Shown in pieces: positions 44,087 through 52,856 of a DNA stretch of 64,000 nt. This stretch comes from a virus. Position 1 is the stretch's first letter, and every line of letters starts with the position of its first letter. Location: positions 10,119 to 74,118 of IMG/VR virus record IMGVR_UViG_3300045988_107526; one strand, given 5' to 3'. A model generated the notes under the pieces. That model saw nothing but the letters and a program-made list of their open reading frames with translations. It made no database searches and was not told the DNA's origin. A program made the translations under genes and the position numbers.

Positions 44087-44168
44087 AGTTATGTTCAAGG
44101 TATTCATTATAATCGCCTTTTTCGTAATCGTATTGGAACTGGACGAGATAAAAGATAAATTATAGCGT

Positions 44169-44417
44169 ATGAAAGAAGAAGATTTAAAGAAAGCTATTGA
44201 GTTAAAGAAGAAACTCGATAGTGAAAGAGAACTTTTGAAGCTTGCAAATAGCCATTATGTGGATTTAAAAGTTAACCTTGAAGAAAGTTGGAACAACGAG
44301 ATTCGCAATGTAGATTACCTTCTAGATAGGGATGTTACCAAAGGACTGAGAGCGATGGTTATCGCCAGCTTAGAGAAGAATATTAATGACTTACAGGAAG
44401 AATTAGAAAAGTTGTAG
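44169..44417 (+). CDS. Hypothetical coiled-coil protein, 82 aa
   Basis: ORF in the cluster. Confidence 0.45.
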   Translation: MKEEDLKKAIELKKKLDSERELLKLANSHYVDLKVNLEESWNNEIRNVDYLLDRDVTKGLRAMVIASLEKNINDLQEELEKL

Positions 44418-44421
44418 GCTT

Positions 44422-44688
44422 ATGGAAGTTGAAAGATATTATTATGCAGTAGCATCCTTCATGCGTAAGGATGACAAGATTAGCGTTACTTCTGTTACGT
44501 GTAGCGTTAAAGGGGAAGAAAAGGATATTAAGTTCTATCCGCTCATGAACATTATCACTAGTACGGAAGAGAAGTTCAAGGATGATATGGTTAGTGGAAC
44601 AGTTATCGTACAGAGTGTTATTGAGATAAGTAAACAAGACTATGATGCTTACAAAGAACGCATCGCTAAATTACACAAGATAGTATGA
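44422..44688 (+). CDS. Hypothetical protein, 88 aa
   Basis: Starts 4 nt after the previous stop. Confidence 0.45.
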   Translation: MEVERYYYAVASFMRKDDKISVTSVTCSVKGEEKDIKFYPLMNIITSTEEKFKDDMVSGTVIVQSVIEISKQDYDAYKERIAKLHKIV

Positions 44689-45176
44689 AATATACAGAAG
44701 ATTATCCTCATAGACCTATCCTAGGTAAGGCTGGCGAGTTCGTTGATATTCTCAGCAGAGTTCCTGCTGATACGGAAATAGTACTTGATGTAGACAACTG
44801 TTTTTCGAGAAATATCGGTCCTAGTGCTTTGAAAATTTCGTTAAGTAACTATAATCCGCTTGAACATATCATTCACTTCAAAGATGACGGAACGATAGAG
44901 AATACGTTGAAAGTAAATGTTTGTGCAGAGTGGAATAGAGATAAGAACATTGCAGAATGTGAGATTTTTACTGCGCTATTCAGTTCACTAAAATGCATCT
45001 TGTTTAAATACGGACAATATGATGCACGTAAGTTGACTAAGGATGCGTCTATCGCAAAAACCGCTGCTAATAATCCGTGTGCGTTCCTTGATGTACTCAA
45101 CGAATTTCAGAAGAAATACAAAGGTAAGAAAGAAAATCATAAAGAAGATGGAAAGGTTGACAAAGGTAATGGATAA
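44685..45176 (+). CDS. Hypothetical protein, 163 aa
   Basis: 4-nt overlap with the previous gene. Confidence 0.5.
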   Translation: MKYTEDYPHRPILGKAGEFVDILSRVPADTEIVLDVDNCFSRNIGPSALKISLSNYNPLEHIIHFKDDGTIENTLKVNVCAEWNRDKNIAECEIFTALFSSLKCILFKYGQYDARKLTKDASIAKTAANNPCAFLDVLNEFQKKYKGKKENHKEDGKVDKGNG

Positions 45177-45555
45177 GTATTTGAAGGAAGCTGTCGCTGA
45201 TTTGGATAAGAAGAAAGTTCTTACCCTCACCATCAGAAAACAATGGTTCGATAAAATCGTATCAGCCGAAAAGACTGAGGAGTATCGTGAAATCAAGAAG
45301 TATTGGGTGTCCCGACTAGTAAATCAGCAAGCCGAAAGCGGTGAGGTGCTTTTCGATGAGTTTGGCGGTTATTGTCGCGTGATAGGAAAGCTTGAATACA
45401 AACCCTACACCCACGTCCTCTTCGTCAACGGATACCGCAAGGATAGTCCACGAATTGAGAAGAAGATTGAGAGTATCACCATCGGAAAGCCTAACAAAGG
45501 CTTATGTCCCGACAAATGGCTTGATACTGAGTTTTTTATCATTAAATTTAAGTAG
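45169..45555 (+). CDS. ASCH-domain-like protein, 128 aa
   Basis: LTIRKQWFDKIVSAEKTEEYREIKKYW resembles the ASCH N-terminal motif. ATGGATAA overlap with the upstream stop. Confidence 0.5.
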   Translation: MDKYLKEAVADLDKKKVLTLTIRKQWFDKIVSAEKTEEYREIKKYWVSRLVNQQAESGEVLFDEFGGYCRVIGKLEYKPYTHVLFVNGYRKDSPRIEKKIESITIGKPNKGLCPDKWLDTEFFIIKFK

Positions 45556-45558
45556 CGT

Positions 45559-45792
45559 ATGACAAACAAGGATTTTTATAATGCTCATCTAGGTAAGCGA
45601 GTTCTTTATAAGTGCAAGGATATTGGCGCATATGTAGCAGGGTATATTGAAGATAAGTATATCATCTTAGGTTTTAATGATTATTCTGGCTGCATTCTAT
45701 ACTTTACATCTAAAGTGTATAAAACGCTTGGCGAAACATATAACTCATACCGATTCGCAAAATTGAAGTATTTGAAAGTAATAGAACAATAG
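45559..45792 (+). CDS. Hypothetical protein, 77 aa
   Basis: ORF in the cluster. Confidence 0.45.
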   Translation: MTNKDFYNAHLGKRVLYKCKDIGAYVAGYIEDKYIILGFNDYSGCILYFTSKVYKTLGETYNSYRFAKLKYLKVIEQ

Positions 45793-45794
45793 TT

Positions 45795-46487
45795 ATGAAA
45801 AAGGAAGATAGAATCAAGGTTTGGGAGAAGTACGGCCATCATTGCGCATACTGCGGAAAAGAAATAAAGTTCGAAGATATGCAAGTAGACCATTTCGTTC
45901 CTAAGAATCGTGGCGGTTACCCTCGTTGGAGTGATAAGGAAGGTAAGTATGTCGTTTCTCATGGTGAGGATAGTATGGAGAATTACATGCCTTCTTGCCG
46001 AGCCTGTAACTTTAGAAAGCGGGATATGAATATCGAACAATTCCGTGAATCTATAAGAGAACAGGCTGAAGGTTTGCTTAAAGGTGCTGCAAAGTTCCAA
46101 GTAAGTATGAGTATCGCTTATGGTCTGCTTACTCCTTCTTTCGATAAGCCTATCGTATTCTATTTTGAGAAATGTATGAATTACAAAGATAGACTTACGA
46201 AATATACTCAAGGAAGGCTGTCAGAATTATCAAATGTTGACGATTATGAACCAAACAAATTAGCGTTAACTAACCTGTTGTGGTTTCTTGACAAGGTAAT
46301 CAGTAATGAAGTGATTGTCGCAAAGCTTAAAATCATGTCTGATGCAGACAGGAAACGAATGAAATACCTTTCTAGGTATGATGGTAACGAATCGTTATAC
46401 GATGATGAATATTCCAAGGCAGAAAGTACTATAGCCAAGGAGTGCTTGAAGTATTTACAGAACAAAAAAGAAGTAGTGTATGACTAG
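45795..46487 (+). CDS. HNH endonuclease, 230 aa
   Basis: HHCAYCGKEI...QVDHFVPKNRGG...NYMPSCRACNFRK matches the HNH pattern. Confidence 0.75.
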   Translation: MKKEDRIKVWEKYGHHCAYCGKEIKFEDMQVDHFVPKNRGGYPRWSDKEGKYVVSHGEDSMENYMPSCRACNFRKRDMNIEQFRESIREQAEGLLKGAAKFQVSMSIAYGLLTPSFDKPIVFYFEKCMNYKDRLTKYTQGRLSELSNVDDYEPNKLALTNLLWFLDKVISNEVIVAKLKIMSDADRKRMKYLSRYDGNESLYDDEYSKAESTIAKECLKYLQNKKEVVYD

Positions 46488-46725
46488 TATTAGAAAAGCT
46501 AAAAAGAAAATGAAGAAGGCTCGTCCGTATTGGGAAAGTCAAGGTTACAGGTTTAGGCGCAAGGCTAAGATAATCAGGTATTCGTTGAAGTCTTTGCTTG
46601 GTGATTTTAGCACTAAATGGATGTGCTACTGCTTTGTTAATATGGATGGGCGATTACAAAATCACTTTCCTATACGGACAAAGTCAAGAAGAAAGCGAGG
46701 TAAGCATGAAAAGAAGATTCTTTAA
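46480..46725 (+). CDS. Small basic protein, 81 aa
   Basis: ORF overlapping the HNH gene end by 8 nt. Confidence 0.35.
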   Translation: MTSIRKAKKKMKKARPYWESQGYRFRRKAKIIRYSLKSLLGDFSTKWMCYCFVNMDGRLQNHFPIRTKSRRKRGKHEKKIL

Positions 46726-46954
46726 ATTTGGATGTCGCATCCCTCGTAAGTTAAAGAAGGCTGCTAGGTATGGTATTGAAAGGCGTATATACCCAACGAC
46801 ACAAGAGACGGAAACCGCCTATGGTCATGTGTACTTCCATGATGAAAGGATTGAGTTTGCAATAATAGGGAGGCAAACCAAGTGGAAAGTAAAGGCACGT
46901 TTGGCTCGTATAAAAGAATTAAAGAGACAACTTGCCTATAATTGGTATGTATAA
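46706..46954 (+). CDS. Small basic protein, 82 aa
   Basis: ATG at 46706. Last gene before the convergent terminator. Confidence 0.4.
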   Translation: MKRRFFKFGCRIPRKLKKAARYGIERRIYPTTQETETAYGHVYFHDERIEFAIIGRQTKWKVKARLARIKELKRQLAYNWYV

Positions 46955-46981
46955 AGTAACAGAACGATAACATGGTAACAG

Positions 46982-47010
46982 AAAAAGCAGAGCCTAGTGC
47001 CCTGCTTTTT
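46982..47010. terminator. Bidirectional hairpin AAAAAGCAG/CTGCTTTTT
   Basis: 9-bp stem. The 3' arm lies within the last codons of the minus-strand gene. Confidence 0.5.
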
Positions 47011-47410
47011 CCTTGTCTTCACGTTCTCGTTTCTCAGCTATAGCCTGTCTGATCCATTCTGCTTTATTTCGTCCTAGGGATTCGAAAAACTCAAACGTTT
47101 TTTCGTTTACATGCGTCACAACCCTGTAGATGAGGGCAGCTGCGCCCTTGCTAGGTGCTCCGGCTCGCTCTCTGCGACCACCCCACCCCGGATGCTGACT
47201 GACCTTGCATTGCTGAACCTTGCCCTTGCTATTGATGCGGAACTTCATTTTCAGCCGGTCCTTTACCCACACTTCAGCGATTACCGCATCGGGCGTCTGC
47301 TGAAGGGTAGATTTGGCGATGCCGATAAGATAGGCTTTATCCTTGAAGAAGGTCTCTGTCTCATCGAGTATCGCCCAATCATCGTATATTATGATTCTTG
47401 CCCTTTCCAT
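46994..47410 (-). CDS. Hypothetical protein with C-terminal ribbon-helix-helix-like segment, 138 aa
   Basis: YRVVTHVNEKTFEFFESLGRNKAEWIRQAIAEK resembles the CopG/RHH fold pattern. Confidence 0.45.
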   Translation of the reverse strand: MERARIIIYDDWAILDETETFFKDKAYLIGIAKSTLQQTPDAVIAEVWVKDRLKMKFRINSKGKVQQCKVSQHPGWGGRRERAGAPSKGAAALIYRVVTHVNEKTFEFFESLGRNKAEWIRQAIAEKREREDKEKAGH

Positions 47411-47414
47411 ATCC

Positions 47415-47483
47415 TCAACCTAATATTGCCATCAGTATCGTGAATAAGAAGATAAATAGTACAAACCATTCCTGTTTACTCAT
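47415..47483 (-). CDS. Tiny hydrophobic peptide, 22 aa
   Basis: Hand-translated: MSKQEWFVLFIFLFTILMAILG. ATGA coupling with the upstream ORF. Confidence 0.25.
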   Translation of the reverse strand: MSKQEWFVLFIFLFTILMAILG

Positions 47484-47638
47484 AGCTTACCTCCTTTCTT
47501 CTGATAGGCTCGAACCCTACGGATAGCCTTTCCGATTCTATGGTCTTCGCACAAGCCATAAGCGTAAAGCATGATTCGTGGTCTCCAAAAATAGTTTATC
47601 TTTCTGCAAAGTATCTTCTTCGCCTGTCGTAATCTCAT
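47480..47638 (-). CDS. Small basic protein, 52 aa (paralog pattern of 29648-29830)
   Basis: Hand-translated: MRLRQAKKILCRK...HRIGKAIRRV. ATGA coupling on both sides. Confidence 0.4.
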   Translation of the reverse strand: MRLRQAKKILCRKINYFWRPRIMLYAYGLCEDHRIGKAIRRVRAYQKKGGKL

Positions 47639-48012
47639 TTCTCACCTCCTTTCTTGTCGAATTTATTGCCGATAACTTTTAGTTGCCTATTACGCAACAT
47701 TCTCCCTAAAGTATTTGGGTAGAGAACAGGGTGTTCTGTATAGACCAAACTAAAACTAGTGTTGCCTTGATTCCAAACTACTTCAAAGATGCTACCTGTC
47801 TTTTCACATCTGAGCAAATCATGCTCATAGATAGGAAATCCGTTACAATCACATGCGCCTGTAAATTGGCAGATGGTGTTGATATCAATCAAATATGAGT
47901 TTACTACGCCAAGTACTTTATGGTTAAAAACTTCGCTATTTCTGATAGTAGGGGAACAATCAACCCACGTACCTGTTCTTACTCGTATTGCCTTGAAATT
48001 GATTTCGCTCAT
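47635..48012 (-). CDS. YopX-like protein, 125 aa
   Basis: FKAIRVRTGTW..., IYEHDLL..., VVWNQ... and KVIGNKFD follow the YopX pattern. Confidence 0.55.
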   Translation of the reverse strand: MSEINFKAIRVRTGTWVDCSPTIRNSEVFNHKVLGVVNSYLIDINTICQFTGACDCNGFPIYEHDLLRCEKTGSIFEVVWNQGNTSFSLVYTEHPVLYPNTLGRMLRNRQLKVIGNKFDKKGGEK

Positions 48013-48296
48013 TTCTCCCCTCCTTCCTCGATTACTCCTATCGGTTTGATGTCGTTCACACTTTCATCCTCGGTGAAGAAGGAAACCTTCATCATGTCGC
48101 TCACGTAGGCCATTGCCACAACATCTTCATGTGCGTTCTTGATGATACAGATGTCTCCTCTTACCTCGTTCTGCATTTTCAGATACTTTACGGCTGCATC
48201 CTTCACCGCCAAAGGATTCATTTTCTTTGTTATCGTCTCCCCCGACTGAGGGAATACGAAGATAAATTCTTGCTTGTTCATATTCTTAAAACTCAA
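48009..48296 (-). CDS. Hypothetical protein, 95 aa
   Basis: 4-nt overlap chain in early operon 2. Confidence 0.5.
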   Translation of the reverse strand: MSFKNMNKQEFIFVFPQSGETITKKMNPLAVKDAAVKYLKMQNEVRGDICIIKNAHEDVVAMAYVSDMMKVSFFTEDESVNDIKPIGVIEEGGEK

Positions 48297-48660
48297 ATAA
48301 TTCTAGTTGTACATATCTCTTCTTCGGGAGTAACTTTTCTATCTCCTTCATTATCTTAGCTGCGCTCTTACAAACAGAACTATTCCGGTTGCGCTCTTGC
48401 TCTATCTGTACGTTAAGCCAATGCTTTGCCCAATTCAAAGCATGCTCAATGGCATCTTCCTGTGTCTTGAACCAATTCGTGTTGCTGAGGTTAGTTCCAA
48501 ACGCCCCTCCTCTATCTGCTAGCATGTATGTCACACCATACGTCCACTTTCCTCTAACATAAGCTGTGGATATTTCGATATGTGGGATTCCGCTGCCGAT
48601 TTCTGTCTTATCAGGATTCGTGCATACACCGAACTCGTTGAATATAAATTTCTTTATCAT
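48286..48660 (-). CDS. Hypothetical protein, 124 aa
   Basis: Overlap chain in early operon 2. Confidence 0.5.
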   Translation of the reverse strand: MIKKFIFNEFGVCTNPDKTEIGSGIPHIEISTAYVRGKWTYGVTYMLADRGGAFGTNLSNTNWFKTQEDAIEHALNWAKHWLNVQIEQERNRNSSVCKSAAKIMKEIEKLLPKKRYVQLELFEF

Positions 48661-48929
48661 GATTCCATTTCACTTTCTGTTATCAACAACTCATCAAACA
48701 TAATACTATCCTTGCATGAGCAGCTCCATGATGATTCGCCCTTGTCTTCAGACTCTTCATAGTTATCGGGATATTCCTCCTTGTAGAAGTCTAGGATATT
48801 ATCCTCCTCTTCTGCCATCCGCTCCTTTGCTGCGGTCTTGGTTGAGTAAACTCCGATAACATTAACGGACGAATAGTCTTGGTTGTCTGCTCCGTGCTTA
48901 ATCAACACAAATACTTTCTGTTTCTTCAT
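48657..48929 (-). CDS. Hypothetical acidic protein, 90 aa
   Basis: Overlap chain in early operon 2. Confidence 0.5.
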   Translation of the reverse strand: MKKQKVFVLIKHGADNQDYSSVNVIGVYSTKTAAKERMAEEEDNILDFYKEEYPDNYEESEDKGESSWSCSCKDSIMFDELLITESEMES

Positions 48930-48930
48930 C

Positions 48931-49101
48931 TTACACCTCCTTCTCTTCTACATCAAACGAAACACTATCCAAATCGCCATTCTCCAAACAACCCAAATCG
49001 TACAAACGTCTTGCGGCATTCTCTGCGTCTTCGGATGATGCTGCGTCTAGAGATACCTTGTAGGTGATTCTCTCCACGATTTCAACTTCATACCTTTTCA
49101 T
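48931..49101 (-). CDS. Hypothetical acidic protein, 56 aa
   Basis: ATG at 49101 (MKRYEVEIVE...). The longer track ORF would run through a structured intergenic element. Confidence 0.4.
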   Translation of the reverse strand: MKRYEVEIVERITYKVSLDAASSEDAENAARRLYDLGCLENGDLDSVSFDVEEKEV

Positions 49102-49206
49102 AATCAAATCCTTTCTTTTAAAAATTAATACTAGTGGGCGGATGGTACGTTGCAACCATCTGTAGCGGCTTGAATACCGCATTCGCCCTATATATAACAA
49201 CAACAA

Positions 49207-49389
49207 CTATTTTCTCTTCTCGTTTATCTTCTCAATACAAGTGCTCTTGTCTACTTGCATTCCGTTCGGCAGAAAGAACCTCTCAGTAAATAAGTTCTGC
49301 TTGATGATGAACGTTGTACGTGCCCTGTATCTTCGTCCGAACTTGTCAACGTAGATGGCTCCCTTGAAACATTTGATGATTATCGTCAT
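49207..49389 (-). CDS. Hypothetical protein, 60 aa
   Basis: ORF in early operon 2. Confidence 0.4.
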   Translation of the reverse strand: MTIIIKCFKGAIYVDKFGRRYRARTTFIIKQNLFTERFFLPNGMQVDKSTCIEKINEKRK

Positions 49390-49394
49390 ATTTC

Positions 49395-49649
49395 TTACAT
49401 ATCCTCTACAATATCTTCAAAACTCTTCTTTTTAATCTCCATGGAAATCAGACTGCTTATGTCTAGAACTTTCGTTACCTCGTACTCTCTGGACGTATCG
49501 TCATGGATATATATATGGATATATATACAGAAACTATCTATCTCGTATCTGTCGCTATTGAACAGAGTATAGCTTGATGTAGGAAAGCGGAAAATGATTC
49601 TGCTCCAATCCTTTTTATCCAACAGATTTTTAACAACTGAATTAGTCAT
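49395..49649 (-). CDS. Hypothetical protein, 84 aa
   Basis: ORF in early operon 2. Confidence 0.45.
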   Translation of the reverse strand: MTNSVVKNLLDKKDWSRIIFRFPTSSYTLFNSDRYEIDSFCIYIHIYIHDDTSREYEVTKVLDISSLISMEIKKKSFEDIVEDM

Positions 49650-49694
49650 ACTCGAAATGGTTTGTGAGGGAGATTTCTCTCCCTCGGGTTAAAC

Positions 49695-50189
49695 TTACTC
49701 CTTCAACAGACTTTCTACAAGTTCTTCCTTGGTGGAGAAGACGTCTGTTCCCTTGGTGTATGCACTATCACAACCTAACAAAAGCTTGCAGACTTCCTTA
49801 TCTTCATTCTTCTCAAGGATGATGCGATGAATCTTCATTTCAGCTATCTTGTTATCACGCAATAGGAAAACCTGTTGACCAACATAGAAGTTGGTTTTAA
49901 GATTTGTCTTTGCTCGTTCCTGTACTTCCCAATCAGGCGATAATTCCATACATGCGTACACTTCCTTGCCTTCTGAGAGGTCTTTGGTGATGTGCTCGAA
50001 GATTTCCTGTTCTGTAGGCTCTCGCACTTCTCCGGTCTCTTCATCTTCGATGGTGAAAATACTATATTCCCAACCTTCCTTGTCTACAAGTTTGAGTCCG
50101 GCTGCCTGTGCCTTTACTACGTCTTGTATGGTGTTAATCTCAACTCCTACAAAATTGTCACTCAATCTAACTGCCTTAGTTGTCTTCAT
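49695..50189 (-). CDS. Hypothetical protein, 164 aa
   Basis: The C-terminal ~65 aa parallel the 35717-35938 product. Confidence 0.5.
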   Translation of the reverse strand: MKTTKAVRLSDNFVGVEINTIQDVVKAQAAGLKLVDKEGWEYSIFTIEDEETGEVREPTEQEIFEHITKDLSEGKEVYACMELSPDWEVQERAKTNLKTNFYVGQQVFLLRDNKIAEMKIHRIILEKNEDKEVCKLLLGCDSAYTKGTDVFSTKEELVESLLKE

Positions 50190-50216
50190 AATTTTATCTC
50201 CTATAATTTAAATTTG

Positions 50217-50402
50217 TTACTTGTTATTGTTCATTTTCTTTATGGTTCCATGCTCTACCGAGTTTTCATAAAACTCTTGTGTGAGAAGATTTATTGAACC
50301 ATAGTACCGAAATATTGTATCTAATGCCTGTTCTGTTGGCATTGCTAGCAATTCACTTTTCAAGTAGTTGTGTATTGCTAGTTTAAACTCCTTATCGTTC
50401 AT
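50217..50402 (-). CDS. Hypothetical protein, 61 aa
   Basis: ORF in early operon 2. Confidence 0.4.
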   Translation of the reverse strand: MNDKEFKLAIHNYLKSELLAMPTEQALDTIFRYYGSINLLTQEFYENSVEHGTIKKMNNNK

Positions 50403-50712
50403 AAGTCATTCTTGCATCATAAGTTCTTCCGATAATCTCGTCTATCTTTGCTTGCTGCTGATAATCTGTGCAGTCGGCAAAATTATCCTGTTCCTCGTAG
50501 AAACGTGCTGCATTCTTCAGTTCATGGAGAGTTGCTTTGGTGTAGTCCTTGTTAGGATCCACTTGCCTAAGGTTCTCACATGTCTTGCAATACTCGATGA
50601 AGTCTACAAGCAAAGATTTCTCCTCGCTCTTGCTCTGCTGCATTCCGGCTCCAATAAGAGGTAGGGCAACTATCGTTGCCACTACCAAAGCTATCTTAAT
50701 TCTCTTTTTCAT
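50392..50712 (-). CDS. Hypothetical secreted or membrane-anchored protein, 106 aa
   Basis: N-terminal signal-like MKKRIKIALVVATIVALPLIGAG. Confidence 0.5.
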   Translation of the reverse strand: MKKRIKIALVVATIVALPLIGAGMQQSKSEEKSLLVDFIEYCKTCENLRQVDPNKDYTKATLHELKNAARFYEEQDNFADCTDYQQQAKIDEIIGRTYDARMTYER

Positions 50713-50716
50713 ATCT

Positions 50717-50896
50717 TTACGGATTTAATTTCTTGTTTATCTCTTTTAATGTCTTATAAGTCTCCGGAAACAACTCCAAATGTGCTTCCATGAAGACTTC
50801 GTAACCAACTGCCTTTGCATAGGCTGATGTTGTTGTTTGATAGAGTAACGCTCTAAGTGCGTCATACTCCTTGTCTGTAAGTTCTAACTTAACCAT
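50717..50896 (-). CDS. Hypothetical protein, 59 aa
   Basis: Hand-translated: MVKLELTDKEYDALRALLYQ... Confidence 0.35.
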   Translation of the reverse strand: MVKLELTDKEYDALRALLYQTTTSAYAKAVGYEVFMEAHLELFPETYKTLKEINKKLNP

Positions 50897-50897
50897 A

Positions 50898-50987
50898 TTA
50901 CTCGTCCTCCATGTCTTTTGCTGCTCTCAGTCTGTAGCCTGTAATACTGCCAACTAAGAAGATTAATACATAAATTGTGATGTCCAT
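50898..50987 (-). CDS. Tiny membrane peptide, 29 aa
   Basis: Hand-translated: MDITIYVLIFLVGSITGYRLRAAKDMEDE. Confidence 0.25.
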   Translation of the reverse strand: MDITIYVLIFLVGSITGYRLRAAKDMEDE

Positions 50988-50990
50988 AAC

Positions 50991-51197
50991 TTAATCCTCC
51001 ATAATCATTTGTTTAACTTCATCGTAAGTTTCCTTTGTGATTATTTTGCGCCCCTCTGTACAACGCTTTGTTGTGTGAATGAGGGTAATCATGCAAGACG
51101 GATTGCCGTTAAAATATTCGGTTGGTTCTACGCTAACTATCTCGTTGGTATTAATCAGCATCTTCGCTCTTGTTGTTACTTCAATAAATTTGCTCAT
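50991..51197 (-). CDS. Hypothetical protein, 68 aa
   Basis: ORF in early operon 2. Confidence 0.45.
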   Translation of the reverse strand: MSKFIEVTTRAKMLINTNEIVSVEPTEYFNGNPSCMITLIHTTKRCTEGRKIITKETYDEVKQMIMED

Positions 51198-51209
51198 AAC
51201 TTAATCGTT

Positions 51210-51440
51210 TTAATATCTTAAAATCTTTTTGATTACTGCGGCTGCGAGAACATCGTTAGCGGTTATAGGTCTCGGCTCTGTTATGCTTTCTGCCCATGCT
51301 GCACCGCCAAAATACCAATGTTCTTTTCTCCACTCCTCACAAAACTTCTCGGCCTCCCAACATGTAGGAAACTCCTTTTCTCTCATTTCCGAGTGCGGTC
51401 TGCTGCCATACTCGTAATGTGCAATGTGATGTACTTTCAT
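51210..51440 (-). CDS. Hypothetical protein, 76 aa
   Basis: ORF in early operon 2. Confidence 0.45.
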   Translation of the reverse strand: MKVHHIAHYEYGSRPHSEMREKEFPTCWEAEKFCEEWRKEHWYFGGAAWAESITEPRPITANDVLAAAVIKKILRY

Positions 51441-51526
51441 TTTCGTTCCTTTCTTTTAATTGTTATACTTGTGCGGTCTCACGGCTTGAACGTGATGTGC
51501 TCCTCTATTCGCTGACCGCTCCATGG

Positions 51527-51772
51527 TTACTTCTTTCCAAAGTTGAAGATTCTGATGAACTTGTAGAAAGTTCTGAGTTCGCAAAGGTGGTAGAGGTCTT
51601 CTAAGATATACTCCTTACACTCCCTGTTGCACTCCCTGTAGGTCTCTTGCATCTGTGCTGCGGTCTCGTTGCCGCATTCGAGCCAATACAGGAAAATGGC
51701 TCCTAAACTCTCATACTCGTTATACTCGTCGTAATACTTCTTCTGCTGCTCGTAAGTTTTGTTCTTTCTCAT
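51527..51772 (-). CDS. Hypothetical protein, 81 aa
   Basis: ORF in early operon 2. Confidence 0.45.
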   Translation of the reverse strand: MRKNKTYEQQKKYYDEYNEYESLGAIFLYWLECGNETAAQMQETYRECNRECKEYILEDLYHLCELRTFYKFIRIFNFGKK

Positions 51773-51789
51773 ATCCGTATCTCCTATAT

Positions 51790-51972
51790 TTAATATTCAA
51801 CACCATTCAGTTTAAGGGCAATTGCCTTTAAGTTCTCGATTCTCTGTTGTGCATTCGGGGTGATTTCAGCACCACAAATGATGACAGCCTGTGAAAGGTT
51901 CATTACTTTGTCGTATAAAGCGTTTGTGATGCTTGAAATCTCATCGCTCGTAAGCGTTATTGTCTTTTCCAT
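51790..51972 (-). CDS. Hypothetical protein, 60 aa (paralog A1)
   Basis: N-terminus MEKTITLTSDEI, near-identical to the next gene. Confidence 0.45.
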   Translation of the reverse strand: MEKTITLTSDEISSITNALYDKVMNLSQAVIICGAEITPNAQQRIENLKAIALKLNGVEY

Positions 51973-51984
51973 TACCTTAATTGT

Positions 51985-52152
51985 TTAATGGTTCAACTTT
52001 TCTTTAATCTCTTTGAACTCCTTCAATCGCTTGTGCGCTATGGGAGTGCCTTCGTTGGTTGAAAGATAATCCTCTAAAAGGATTATTCTATCTTCAATAG
52101 CAGACTTGATGTTTGCTATCTCTTCGCTTGTAAGTGTTATTGTCTTTTCCAT
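51985..52152 (-). CDS. Hypothetical protein, 55 aa (paralog A2)
   Basis: Hand-translated: MEKTITLTSEEIANIKSAIEDRIILLEDYL... Confidence 0.4.
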   Translation of the reverse strand: MEKTITLTSEEIANIKSAIEDRIILLEDYLSTNEGTPIAHKRLKEFKEIKEKLNH

Positions 52153-52158
52153 ATTCGT

Positions 52159-52416
52159 TTATTTTAATCTTGTTATTTGATACTTATAGAATACTTTTTC
52201 CTCGGGAAGGATTTCACTTAGCTTTATATACTTCGTGAAAATGTTGTCGTACATATCCCTGTCACGTCCTTTGTACCTGTAACCTAACTCCTTTATCTGT
52301 TTCTTGAGTTCCTTCACACGATTATCATCGCATATCTTACAGGAAATCGGTTCAACTTTTACTCCTCCTTCATCGGGTATTCTAACTATACTTAGCTCTA
52401 CGATATTATCTGCCAT
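52159..52416 (-). CDS. Hypothetical protein, 85 aa (paralog B1)
   Basis: Length and pattern are similar to the 52571-52837 product. Confidence 0.45.
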   Translation of the reverse strand: MADNIVELSIVRIPDEGGVKVEPISCKICDDNRVKELKKQIKELGYRYKGRDRDMYDNIFTKYIKLSEILPEEKVFYKYQITRLK

Positions 52417-52434
52417 AACTCTTAACTTTAATAA

Positions 52435-52566
52435 TTATTCTTTCCACCAATCGGAAACGTCACTTCTCTTAAGGTGTCTCATTTCCAAAAACTCTTTGAG
52501 GGTGCTGCAATAGGTGTTCATAGAATAGCAATCACCCTTCAATATTACGTGTACTTCCTTAGCCAT
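52435..52566 (-). CDS. Hypothetical protein, 43 aa
   Basis: Hand-translated: MAKEVHVILKGDCYSMNTYCSTLKEFLEM... Confidence 0.3.
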   Translation of the reverse strand: MAKEVHVILKGDCYSMNTYCSTLKEFLEMRHLKRSDVSDWWKE

Positions 52567-52570
52567 AGTC

Positions 52571-52837
52571 TTATTTTAATGTTGTTATTGTAATTCTTGA
52601 AATAACTTCACAATCTTTTGATGACAACCAAAGAGCCTTTAGTTCATAAGTTGTGTAGCAGTTTCCGTGTTCGTCCTTACTGCGTCCTACGCACTTGTAA
52701 CCAAACGATTTTAGGTCACTCTTAAGCCTATCTATCATCTTATCATTATAGCTTTTTGATGTATGTATAGGGCTCATTCTTACTCTTCCGTCTGAAAATC
52801 TTTCGATTTTGCGGAAATTTACGATATACTCTGCCAT
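52571..52837 (-). CDS. Hypothetical protein, 88 aa (paralog B2)
   Basis: ORF in early operon 2. Confidence 0.45.
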   Translation of the reverse strand: MAEYIVNFRKIERFSDGRVRMSPIHTSKSYNDKMIDRLKSDLKSFGYKCVGRSKDEHGNCYTTYELKALWLSSKDCEVISRITITTLK

Positions 52838-52856
52838 AGTCTTTTGTCCGTTAGGC

